This document shows positions 37,224 through 45,357 of a stretch of 64,000 bases of DNA, piece by piece; the first letter of the stretch is position 1, and each line of letters begins with the position of its first letter. Below the pieces are notes generated by a model, which was not told where the DNA came from, searched no databases, and saw only the letters and a list, made by a program, of their open reading frames with translations. The position numbers and the translations under genes are program-made. Where the stretch lies: assembly GCA_003221895.1 (NCBI GenBank), contig QHUJ01000113.1:7372-71371 (forward strand), in the 5' to 3' direction. The stretch comes from Gemmatimonadota bacterium (GTDB lineage Bacteria; Gemmatimonadota; Gemmatimonadetes; Gemmatimonadales; GWC2-71-9).

Positions 37224-38111
37224 TCAGGGCAGTACCGTAACCGTAGTCTTCGACACCTGCGTCCGCGGAATCGTCATCGCCTGGACGGGCAATGAGATCG
37301 TCATGCTGGTGGAGTCGCTCGATTCGCCACCGAGATAGCGTCCGTCCACCGCGAGATAATCGATGCCGCTACGCACGCCGTTGCCGGCCACCTCGAACGG
37401 CTGGCCATTCTGCTCACCGCTCCCCTGAATCGTGAACGTCGAACTCACCTCGACGCGCAGGCTGCGCGCGTTGTTGCGCGTCTCCCAGTTGACGGCGTGC
37501 GAGCGTGTAATGCTTTTGACTGTCACGTTGCCGGCCGCGCGATCGCTCATCGACAGGGTGTCGGTCCAGGTGACCCCCAGGGTCAATCCGGATGCCGGCA
37601 GCCGCGGGAAGAAGTTGCGGAACGATCCCACGATGGGTGACAGCGACTGGGCTGCGACGCTATCGGAGGGCACCTGGTTGCGGAAATCCCCCTGCGGCGT
37701 CAGTCGCCCTGAGAACGACAGTCCCTTTGCAGCGGTTAGGTTGATGCCCATTGGGACCGTGGTGCCGGAGTCAGGCACGATGGAGTCGATGGTCACCCTC
37801 GTTGGATAGCCGATCGTATCCGCCGGGCCCGTAATCGTGGCACGGAAGAATGCGCTCAATCCAAAGTCCAGCGGTTGCTTGATCCCCTGAAACTCCTGGT
37901 CGATGTGCACGACCTGGTGCATCACATACCGCTGTGTACTCGGCCCCAGCCGGACGACCTCGGTCTTGCCGGCCGGTGGCGGCGCGGGCGGTGGAGGAGG
38001 CGGGGGGGGAGCACCCGGCGGATTTGCCGGCGCCAGGGACGTGTTTGGTGGAGTGTGTGAAGCACACGCCGCAGCAAGCAGCACCACAGCGATGTGGAGC
38101 GGCCGCGGCAT
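37224..38111 (-). CDS. Lipoprotein with poly-proline linker
   Basis: From the ATG at 38111: MPRPLHIAVVLLAAACASH (lipobox), then PPGAPPPPPPPPAPPPAG, then a beta-rich domain. No family recognised. Confidence 0.55.
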   Translation of the reverse strand: MPRPLHIAVVLLAAACASHTPPNTSLAPANPPGAPPPPPPPPAPPPAGKTEVVRLGPSTQRYVMHQVVHIDQEFQGIKQPLDFGLSAFFRATITGPADTIGYPTRVTIDSIVPDSGTTVPMGINLTAAKGLSFSGRLTPQGDFRNQVPSDSVAAQSLSPIVGSFRNFFPRLPASGLTLGVTWTDTLSMSDRAAGNVTVKSITRSHAVNWETRNNARSLRVEVSSTFTIQGSGEQNGQPFEVAGNGVRSGIDYLAVDGRYLGGESSDSTSMTISLPVQAMTIPRTQVSKTTVTVLP

Positions 38112-38112
38112 C

Positions 38113-38319
38113 TTATTCCTTTGTTTTCGTGCGTCCAAAGATCGCCACGACTTCGCTGCTTTCACTCGAGACCTTCAGCAGCTTCCATCCCCGCTTGCGC
38201 ATGTCCGTCCGCCAGGTGATGAGTTTTTCCCACTCCTCGGGGCTCGTACGGAAGACGCGCAGATCGGCGACGTTCTCCCAGTGGGGCGGGTAAGGAGCGG
38301 CGTGTGGCTTTGTGGTCAC
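38113..38319 (-). CDS. Small hypothetical protein (68 aa)
   Basis: GTG start. Sequence WENVADLRVFRTSPEEWEKLITWRTDMRKRGWKLLKVSSESSEVVAIFGRTK with GC3-rich codon usage. Its stop lies 1 nt before the ATG of the downstream lipoprotein gene. There is no Shine-Dalgarno, because the start abuts the rnpB 3' end. Confidence 0.4.
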   Translation of the reverse strand: MTTKPHAAPYPPHWENVADLRVFRTSPEEWEKLITWRTDMRKRGWKLLKVSSESSEVVAIFGRTKTKE

Positions 38320-38321
38320 GG

Positions 38322-38697
38322 GGGAGGACGTGGTGGGACCATAAGCCGAGTTCTGTTTACTCGTTGGTACGAGCAGATGGTCATCTCTCTGGGACAGCTG
38401 TCGCCAGCCGTCTCGTGCGGCCTACCCGCAGCTCGAACGACCCGGGCCGGGTCTCGCTGCTTACTTGGCCTTGCTCCGACCGGGGGTTGCCGTGCCGCGC
38501 CTGTTGCCAGACGCGCGGTGGGCTCTTACCCCACCTTTTCACCCTTACCCTTTGGATACAAGGGCGGTCTGTTCTCTGTGGCCCTTTCCGTCGCCTTTCG
38601 GCGCCCAGGCGTTACCTGGCGGTCTGCCCTGTGGAGCTCGGACTTTCCTCGATGGGCCCTAAACGACCCACCGCGACCATCGGCCCCACCACTTCCC
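38322..38697 (-). ncRNA. rnpB: RNase P RNA, bacterial type A
   Basis: The minus strand reads ...GAGGAAAGTCCGAGCTCCACAGGGCAG... (universally conserved P4/J-region motif) and ...ACAGAACTCGGCTTAT... (conserved 3' P4 strand). A P1 helix is possible between 5' GGGAAGTGGTGGGGCC and 3' GGTCCCACCACGTCCTCCC. Length about 375 nt. Ends are approximate (+/-5 nt). Confidence 0.9.
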
Positions 38698-38704
38698 GGG
38701 CATG

Positions 38705-38734
38705 AAATTACCGGACCGTCGGGGCTTCCGGCAA
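38705..38734 (-). promoter_or_regulatory. Candidate promoter of rnpB
   Basis: Minus strand: TTGCCG (38734-38729), 18-nt spacer, TAATTT (38710-38705). The predicted P1 5' end lies about 7 nt downstream. Confidence 0.35.
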
Positions 38735-38738
38735 GCCT

Positions 38739-40577
38739 TTAGCGCACGACCCGCCTGATCATGCGGCCGATGCTGTCCGGCGCCCCGCGATCCAGCCAAA
38801 AGCCGCTGTGCCCGCCGAACACGACGGGTCGCAGCCGGTTCCACTCGCCCGGCGCGAACGTGTTGCGATCTGCTTCAAGACGCAATGCGGAGAGCGCGTA
38901 GATGCCGCGCTCGCGATATCGTGCCAGGAGCTGGCCCGCGCGTCGTTCGCGCAGCCACAAGAGCGCCGGCGCATCGGCGCTTGAGAAGCCCTGCAGCACC
39001 CCGAGCGAGAACCAGTCCGCCGGTAGCTCGTCGGACCGGTAGGCAAAGCGCAGATCAGGGCGCACCCGCCGCAGCTCGGTGCGCAGCGCTCTCCCGCGCT
39101 CGGCGACCGCCGCTTGCAGCGTCTCGAAGTAGCGTCCCAGCAGTCCGCGCTCGAGCAGCGTGTCGTAGCGCTGGGAGGGTGGCAACGTCGCCAACCGTTC
39201 GGCGTCCGCGCCGTCGAGTCCGAGCCCGGCCAGCCCGGTGCGATAATCGACGTCGCAGAATCCCGTCCCGCCGTAGTAGGTCTGCGCGCTGTCCAGGTCG
39301 AGCGCGACGCCCGCGATGACTTCGGCGCGCGGCGAAGCGCCCCCGAGCCGCGCGAGGGTGCGGTACACGGAGCGCAACGGACCACGCCAAAACAGCGAGT
39401 CCAGGCCGCAGGGGACGGGGCGTAGATCTCCGTGGCGGTCGACCTCCTCGGCACCGGGCGCCGGAATGTCGACCAGCGAGACGGCTGGAAACCAGTGGAC
39501 GCTGGTCGTCTGCAGTCGCTCGAGTGTGTGCCGCCAGATGTAGCGTGTGCCCATCGTATCGACGATCGCCGGCACCGGGATCACGGTGGCCAGCGCGTTC
39601 AACGACGCGACATCGACGAACCCCAGCACCGAATCGAATGATTGCGGCGTGAAGCGCGTCCACATCACCCGCATGCCTTGCCGCTGGATCCAGGCGGGCA
39701 CGATCGGCCTTTCCTCATCGCTCGTCGCAACGGGTTGCGGCAACTCTATCGCGGCAGCGCCGTCTGGGGCCTCGAGTGGCGGCGGATGCTGCGCGACCGG
39801 CCGCGGCGCTCGCGCGAGTCGCAGCGGCGCCAGCTCCCCTCCCCCACCCCCCCCGCCGGCTCGAACGCTGGCCCATTCGGCCGGCCGGCGAGTCCAGCGC
39901 GCCAGCGCGACCAGGTAGTCGCGGGTCAGCGGGTCTGCGTCACCCGAGGCGAGCAGATTGCGGCCGGTCACGACAATCAATCCATCATTCACCCGGCTCG
40001 CGGCGACGAACGCACTGCTTGGCGCACGCGCGAGAACCTGTGTCGGATCCCGCACCTCCAGTACCTGATTCCGTCCCGCGGTGAAGGGCGCGAAGCCGGC
40101 ATTGTCGAGCGAGGAGCGCGGCAGCGGGACTGCCGGCGCGTCGAGCGGCTGCGCATCGATGGTGATCCCGGCGCCCTGCGATGCGAGCCACTGATTCATG
40201 ATCCACCGGTCGAGTGTACCAGTGGGAGTGCGCGGTCCATCGCTCGTAAAGGCCAGCACGACGACGCCGTCGCGGCCCCGCCCCGCGCCGATCCATTCGT
40301 TGAGAATCGCGAGGTCGCCGACCGTCAAAGCGTCGGAGAGCCCCTGCGGCTCGCGCCCGCCGAGAATGAGGACCGCGCGATAGCGGGCGAGGTCGGCGCG
40401 CGTGAGGTGAGGATAGAAACGGCGATACTCGACGCGGTAACCGGCGTCATGCCACGGTGCCACGGTGGTTTCCAGCGCCAGCGGGTCGCCCTGGTTCATA
40501 TCGAGCACCAGCAGCCGATGAGCCGACGGCTGGCACGCCGCGACAAGCGCCAGCAGCGCGGAAGCTGGCCACCTCAT
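38739..40577 (-). CDS. Large hypothetical lipoprotein, two domains joined by a Gly/Pro-rich linker
   Basis: Lipobox LLALVAAC. The N-domain (~230 aa) has a flavodoxin/amidotransferase-like alternation (RAVLILGG...VVVLAFTSDG). Linker AGGGGGGGELAPLRLARAPRPVAQHPPPLE. The C-domain is ~330 aa. No family recognised by eye. Confidence 0.6.
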   Translation of the reverse strand: MRWPASALLALVAACQPSAHRLLVLDMNQGDPLALETTVAPWHDAGYRVEYRRFYPHLTRADLARYRAVLILGGREPQGLSDALTVGDLAILNEWIGAGRGRDGVVVLAFTSDGPRTPTGTLDRWIMNQWLASQGAGITIDAQPLDAPAVPLPRSSLDNAGFAPFTAGRNQVLEVRDPTQVLARAPSSAFVAASRVNDGLIVVTGRNLLASGDADPLTRDYLVALARWTRRPAEWASVRAGGGGGGGELAPLRLARAPRPVAQHPPPLEAPDGAAAIELPQPVATSDEERPIVPAWIQRQGMRVMWTRFTPQSFDSVLGFVDVASLNALATVIPVPAIVDTMGTRYIWRHTLERLQTTSVHWFPAVSLVDIPAPGAEEVDRHGDLRPVPCGLDSLFWRGPLRSVYRTLARLGGASPRAEVIAGVALDLDSAQTYYGGTGFCDVDYRTGLAGLGLDGADAERLATLPPSQRYDTLLERGLLGRYFETLQAAVAERGRALRTELRRVRPDLRFAYRSDELPADWFSLGVLQGFSSADAPALLWLRERRAGQLLARYRERGIYALSALRLEADRNTFAPGEWNRLRPVVFGGHSGFWLDRGAPDSIGRMIRRVVR

Positions 40578-41767
40578 TGCCGGGGCTCGACGAGACGATT
40601 GTACTTGCGGAGCGCCGCGCGCAGGCGGTCGTGAGGGAGAGCGTACACCTTGAGACCGTCGGCGCCGCTCATCGTTTCGGCAGCGACCATGGCATTGACG
40701 ATGGCTTCCTCGGTGGCCTGGATCGTCGCTTCGAAGAGCGAGCTGATTCGCTCATTCGGGAGCATCGTGACGCTGACGTTGGCGTCGGGTTTTGCGGCGC
40801 CGGGGTTCGCGGTCGAGAAGGCGATGAAGATATCGCCTGATGTATTCCCACCCGTCCCGCCGAGGCGGCCGACGCCCAGCGCGGCGCGCTTGGCGATGCG
40901 CTTGAGCTGGTGCGGCAGCAGCGGTGCGTCGGTTGCGATCACGATGATGATTGAGCCTTTCTCACCTTCGGCGCAGCGGCGTCCCTGGGTCGTTAGGCCT
41001 GGAACGGCGTCGTAGCAGGGGAGCAGGTCGGGGATCTCCTGCCCGACCGGCGCCCCGGCGATGGATAAGCGTCCGCGCGAGCCATAGTTGCACTGCACCA
41101 GCACGCCGACGGTATACCCGCCACGCTCGGCGGGGAGCCGCCGCGAGGATGTCCCGATGCCCCCCTTGAACTGATTGCAGATCATGCCAGTGCCGCCACC
41201 GACGTTCCCCTCGACCACTCGTTCACCGTGGGCGCTGTCGAGCGCCGCGAAGACGTGCTGCTTGGTGACATGAAAGCCATTGATGTCGTTGAGCGATCCG
41301 TCCCACGTCTCGGCGACGATCGGCAGCGACCAATCGAACTCAAAGCCTTTCTTCACCAGCCATTCGATTACCGCATCGCGCACGATGCCCACGCTGTGCG
41401 TGTTGGTGATCATCACCGGACCGGCGAGGAAGCCGGATTCCTCGAGCCAGGTGGTACCCGTCATTTCGCCGTTGCCGTTGAGGGTGAACCAGCCCCCGAA
41501 CACGGGATCGCCGTTCGCGGCGCCGCGCGGGAAGATCGCGGTGACACCGGTGCGCACAGGTCCTTGTCCGACGACGAGCTTCCCCTGTCCGGCGATGATC
41601 GTGCTATGCCCAACGGTCACCCCCGCGACGTCGGTAATGGCGTTCAGCGGGCCGGGCGTGCCGTCGAAGGGAATTCCAAGAGCGCGGGCGCGGGGACGAT
41701 TCTGTGCGCAAAGAGTCTGAGTTGCAGCAAGGAGGATCAAAGGGCCGAGACGCAGGATGGAGCTCAT
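40574..41767 (-). CDS. Peptidase family S58 / P1 (DmpA-type L-aminopeptidase/D-esterase)
   Basis: From the ATG at 41767, with a signal peptide. Contains NAITDVAGVTVGHSTI, RTGVTAIFP, NGNGEMTGT, VMITNTHSVG and GNVGGGTGMICNQFKGGIGTSS (autoprocessing G/T region). Confidence 0.85.
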   Translation of the reverse strand: MSSILRLGPLILLAATQTLCAQNRPRARALGIPFDGTPGPLNAITDVAGVTVGHSTIIAGQGKLVVGQGPVRTGVTAIFPRGAANGDPVFGGWFTLNGNGEMTGTTWLEESGFLAGPVMITNTHSVGIVRDAVIEWLVKKGFEFDWSLPIVAETWDGSLNDINGFHVTKQHVFAALDSAHGERVVEGNVGGGTGMICNQFKGGIGTSSRRLPAERGGYTVGVLVQCNYGSRGRLSIAGAPVGQEIPDLLPCYDAVPGLTTQGRRCAEGEKGSIIIVIATDAPLLPHQLKRIAKRAALGVGRLGGTGGNTSGDIFIAFSTANPGAAKPDANVSVTMLPNERISSLFEATIQATEEAIVNAMVAAETMSGADGLKVYALPHDRLRAALRKYNRLVEPRQ

Positions 41768-41934
41768 TGTCACGATTCTGTCCGCACTCCTTTTCTCGAG
41801 CAACCAAGTGAGGGCTTCGCACGTCCAACAGACCATAAGGTAGGCTCGACGTTTCTAACATGAACGGGAGGTTGAACCGGAGCAACTAACGCCGTCGACG
41901 ACGCCGTCACACGCCATGGTATCGGGAGGTGTTT

Positions 41935-42495
41935 ATGAAGACGGCTCTGACTCTTCTTGCAGTCGTCACACTCGTCGTCCCACCAGATCTCTCCGCAAAA
42001 CAATTGAGCGCCGAGCCGGGAAATCCGGTCGTGCGCGCGGGCATTCCAGAGTCCGACAGCGAGCTCACGTCCGGCGTGAACGTACACGTCCAGCGCGGCG
42101 ATCTGCTGCGCAGCGAGCTTCGCTTCGCCGATGCAGCGGTGGAGTATCGCCGGGCCGCCGACGTTGCTCGGCGCGAGGGACACCTGTCGAGCGGCACCAC
42201 CTGGATGCTGGCGAACGCCTATTTCAACGACGGCAACCTGTTTGGCGCAGCCGCGGCGTTGGACCAGCTCACGACTGATGCCGCACGCGTCGGCGATCTC
42301 GCGGTCGAAGCTCTCGCGATCTTCAACTCGGCCTGGTTGAACGGGAAAGGAGGTCGCAAGAGCGAAACCGCGGCACGTGTGGCGCGCCTCGAGATCTTAC
42401 TGCGCTCACCATACATGCCTGTCGCCATCCGCGATCATCTCAGCAGCTGGTTGAAGACCTCGAAAGAGTTGGCAGCGCTCGAACCGGCTAGCTGA
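41935..42495 (+). CDS. Secreted hypothetical protein (helical/TPR-like)
   Basis: GGGAGG Shine-Dalgarno 5 nt before the ATG. Signal peptide MKTALTLLAVVTLVVPP. Helical repeats. No family recognised. Confidence 0.5.
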   Translation: MKTALTLLAVVTLVVPPDLSAKQLSAEPGNPVVRAGIPESDSELTSGVNVHVQRGDLLRSELRFADAAVEYRRAADVARREGHLSSGTTWMLANAYFNDGNLFGAAAALDQLTTDAARVGDLAVEALAIFNSAWLNGKGGRKSETAARVARLEILLRSPYMPVAIRDHLSSWLKTSKELAALEPAS

Positions 42496-43390
42496 TCGGC
42501 GCAAATGGCAGCAGCGCCCGGCGCATGTCGGACGCTGTTTGCCAGCGTGCCTCGCGCGCTTTCGCGAGCGACTTCATCACGGTATCGCTCAACGCGCGCG
42601 GCACGTCGCGCCGCAACTTGCGGAGATCAGGGGGCGGCGCGTGCTGCTGCATGTCGAGCACCGCGGCGGCGCTGGCGGCGGAGAACGGCGGCCGGCCGGC
42701 GAGCGCCTCGAACAACACGACGCCCAGTGAATAGATGTCGGTCCGCCCGTCGATGTCGGGCGAGCCACCCGCCTGCTCGGGGCTCATGTATTCTTCCGTT
42801 CCCACCACGAACCCGCTGCGCGTGACGCGGTCCTCTCCGGAGGTGGCGATCGCGCGCGCGATACCGAAATCGACGAGGATGGCGCCCGAGTCGCCCGAGC
42901 AGACGATGTTGTCGGGCTTGATGTCGCGATGCGCGAGGCCGTGCTCGTGCGCATGGGCCAGCGCGTCGAGCACCTCGGTCGCGATGCGGACGGCGCGGTC
43001 GACGGGCAGCATCCGCTCGCGCCGGACCACCTGGCGCAGCGTTTCGCCGGGAACGAAAGGCATGACGAACCAGAGCAAGTAATCGTTTTCGCCGGAATCG
43101 AGCAGTCGCGCGATATGGGGATGATTGAGCTGCGATGCGTAGCGGATTTCGCGCAGGAAACGGTCGGCGGCGACCGAGACCGCGAGCTCCGGATGCAGCA
43201 CCTTGATCGCCACCTTCTGCCCCTGCTCGTCGTAGGCGCCGAACAGGGTCGCGTTACCACCGCGGCCTACCGACGTGATGACGTTGTAGCGAGCACCCAA
43301 CGCCTCACGCACTCGCCCGATCAAATCGCGAGCCAGCTCGACTCCCTGGTCAGCGGCGTCTCGTTCACTTCCGTTTCGGGCGTCGCACAT
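42488..43390 (-). CDS. Ser/Thr protein kinase, catalytic domain only (soluble)
   Basis: 300 aa. Contains GRGGNATLFGAYD, VAIKVL, HRDIKPDNIV, DFGIARA and GTEEYMSPEQ. No TM segment. Confidence 0.85.
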   Translation of the reverse strand: MCDARNGSERDAADQGVELARDLIGRVREALGARYNVITSVGRGGNATLFGAYDEQGQKVAIKVLHPELAVSVAADRFLREIRYASQLNHPHIARLLDSGENDYLLWFVMPFVPGETLRQVVRRERMLPVDRAVRIATEVLDALAHAHEHGLAHRDIKPDNIVCSGDSGAILVDFGIARAIATSGEDRVTRSGFVVGTEEYMSPEQAGGSPDIDGRTDIYSLGVVLFEALAGRPPFSAASAAAVLDMQQHAPPPDLRKLRRDVPRALSDTVMKSLAKAREARWQTASDMRRALLPFAPIS

Positions 43391-43435
43391 GGGCGCGATG
43401 TGCGGAGGAAATCTCGGCGGGTCGGCATGAGGCTA

Positions 43436-43472
43436 GAGAATAAAGGAAGGGCGGCTCGCTGGCGAGCCGCCC
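43436..43472 (-). terminator. Rho-independent terminator downstream of paralog 1
   Basis: Minus strand: GGGCGGCTCG-CCAG-CGAGCCGCCC followed by TTCCTTTATTCTCT. Confidence 0.6.
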
Positions 43473-43499
43473 TGGTTCCGAAGCAGGTGTCGCTAGACC

Positions 43500-45101
43500 C
43501 TACGGGCTCGCGATTCTCGAGAACGACAGGTTATCGAAGCGCGCGAGCGAGGTGCCGGCTCCCGCAAATCGCACGGCAGCGATAGCCGCGCTCCTGACGC
43601 AGATGGACTGTGTCTGCTGCGTGGCGCTTGCCGTCGCCCTGGCAACGATGCTGCCGTCACTCCCGAGTGCCTCGAGGAACGGGCGGGCGAGCACTCCACC
43701 AAGGGGTAGGAACGGCGGGAGAACCGGCGTTACATCGATACATACCGATGCGACGGGCACGGTGAAGGTCGCGACAATCACGCCGGATAGGGCGCTGAAG
43801 GCCGGCGGTGTTCCCTGGGGACAGAGGCTGACGGTGTTCGTGCCATTGATGGCATTCGCGTAGACCGCCGTCCCCTGGCACAGCCCCACTCCGCTCGTGC
43901 GGCTGAGTGTCACGCCGATGCGCGAAAAGGCGGTCGTGACGATTGCTCCCGGAGTGATCGCAGTGAGGTCTGGAGTCAGGTCGAAATTGAGGAGCCCCGT
44001 CGACGGCAAGGCCCAGGTAAAGCGACTGAAGGCGTCCGTGCTGCCGCCGGCGCCGAGATCGAACATTGCACGGTTGGTGCTCGCATAGAGCGGCCGCGGA
44101 CCGAGGAGCGAAGCCAGCGCTCGCGTGACGTCTCCCAGCAGCGACCGGCGCGAGCCGAACGAGGGTGAGTACAGGGGGTCGCACCGCAAGAACGGAGCGG
44201 GCACGTTGCGGAGGGGCTGGGTGAGCGTGTTGCCGCCTCCCAAATCATCGAACTGGAAAATCTGGAGCAGATCCAGCACGGCGTGGGGGCCTTGGAGTGC
44301 GTTGGTCGGCGGACAGATGCCGACGGTCACCTGACTGGTGAAGCTATACGAGCCAGGCTGCTCGCCAGTCAACGGCTTGGCGTGATAGTCGTAGCAGGAG
44401 TTGTCGACGGTCGGCGTACCAGAATACTGTTGCGGCAGCCCGGGGATACAGCCTGCGTCGGTGTTGTCGACGGACTGAACGGTGACCGCCACGTCCTCTG
44501 AGATCGCGTCGCCCGGAATGAACACGCCAGCCCGGCCGGTCCTCGTGACGATTGTCGTGTTGACGCCCGGGTGCGCTACTGCCTCGCCGCAGTCGGACAC
44601 GCCGGCGTCACACAGCGCCCCCACGCCGACGAAGAACTTGATGGGCAGCGTCCGATCGGCGAGCAACGGGACGAACTCGTCCGTGTTGACGTTTCTCAGC
44701 TCCTCCCCGCTGTCCACGACATCAAGGTCCGCGACACCAAGTACCCGCGACCCGACACTGACCGTGAGGCGATAGGTACAGGCGGGATCGAGAGTGTCAT
44801 CCGTGGTGTGCCAGTTAGCGTGATAAGCGGTGTCATCCACCGCGACCGCGGCGCCCGCAAACGTTCGGACGACGTTCCCCGAACAGAGATTGGTCACGGT
44901 GATGGTCGGGCTCAGCTGCTGCGACAAGATCTGATCCGCCGGCCGCTGCTGCTTCAGCATCGGCGGAAGCCAGTAAAAGAAGGCGTTACCGTTGTGATTG
45001 CCGTCTTCGATAAGGAACGACGGTCCGGGTGGATAGCCGCGATCGCTGTGACAACTTCCTAGAGCGATCGCCAGCAGCACTACGACGGCCAGGTATTTCA
45101 T
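43500..45101 (-). CDS. Cys-rich lipoprotein of unknown family, paralog 1 (with extra ~150-aa C-terminal domain)
   Basis: Lipobox LLAIALGSC. Shares ordered blocks with 45358..46539: FFYWLPP, NVVRTFAG, CTYRLTV, NVNTDEFVPLL, RTLPIKFFVGVGA.CD, DCGE.VA, GVFIP, TVQSVD, CYD, VGICPP, NVPAPFLRCDP.YSPSFGSRRSL, MFDLGAGGSTDAFSRF.WALPS. Confidence 0.7.
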   Translation of the reverse strand: MKYLAVVVLLAIALGSCHSDRGYPPGPSFLIEDGNHNGNAFFYWLPPMLKQQRPADQILSQQLSPTITVTNLCSGNVVRTFAGAAVAVDDTAYHANWHTTDDTLDPACTYRLTVSVGSRVLGVADLDVVDSGEELRNVNTDEFVPLLADRTLPIKFFVGVGALCDAGVSDCGEAVAHPGVNTTIVTRTGRAGVFIPGDAISEDVAVTVQSVDNTDAGCIPGLPQQYSGTPTVDNSCYDYHAKPLTGEQPGSYSFTSQVTVGICPPTNALQGPHAVLDLLQIFQFDDLGGGNTLTQPLRNVPAPFLRCDPLYSPSFGSRRSLLGDVTRALASLLGPRPLYASTNRAMFDLGAGGSTDAFSRFTWALPSTGLLNFDLTPDLTAITPGAIVTTAFSRIGVTLSRTSGVGLCQGTAVYANAINGTNTVSLCPQGTPPAFSALSGVIVATFTVPVASVCIDVTPVLPPFLPLGGVLARPFLEALGSDGSIVARATASATQQTQSICVRSAAIAAVRFAGAGTSLARFDNLSFSRIASP

Positions 45102-45285
45102 GCGCGTGTCGGGGTCGAGTTAGGAGTACTCGACCCACACCGCGATTGTCGTACCGCCAATTGGCAATAAATGTTTGCTGCGGTAACAAAAACCGTGGCG
45201 CGTCGAGCACAGGGATGCTCGGCTAGATCGAAGGAGTGAGGCGTCCGAGCGACACATGTCGCGCCTCCGCCACATCGCGCCCGGG

Positions 45286-45325
45286 CCACAAGAACGGAGG
45301 GCGGCCCCGAGATCTGGGGCCGCCC
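45286..45325 (-). terminator. Rho-independent terminator candidate downstream of paralog 2
   Basis: Minus strand: GGGCGGCCCC-AGATCTC-GGGGCCGCCC followed by TCCGTTCTTGTGG. Confidence 0.5.
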
Positions 45326-45357
45326 TGTTCGTGTGGTACCGACTGACGCTGGCGCGT

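Noticed and set aside
37903-38742. 279-aa plus-strand ORF and several smaller ORFs (38304..38705, 38465..38662) across 38.3-38.7 kb
   Set aside because: This region is the RNase P RNA gene on the minus strand, with conserved GGAAAGTCCG and ACAGAAC.CGGCTTA motifs. The ORFs are incidental.
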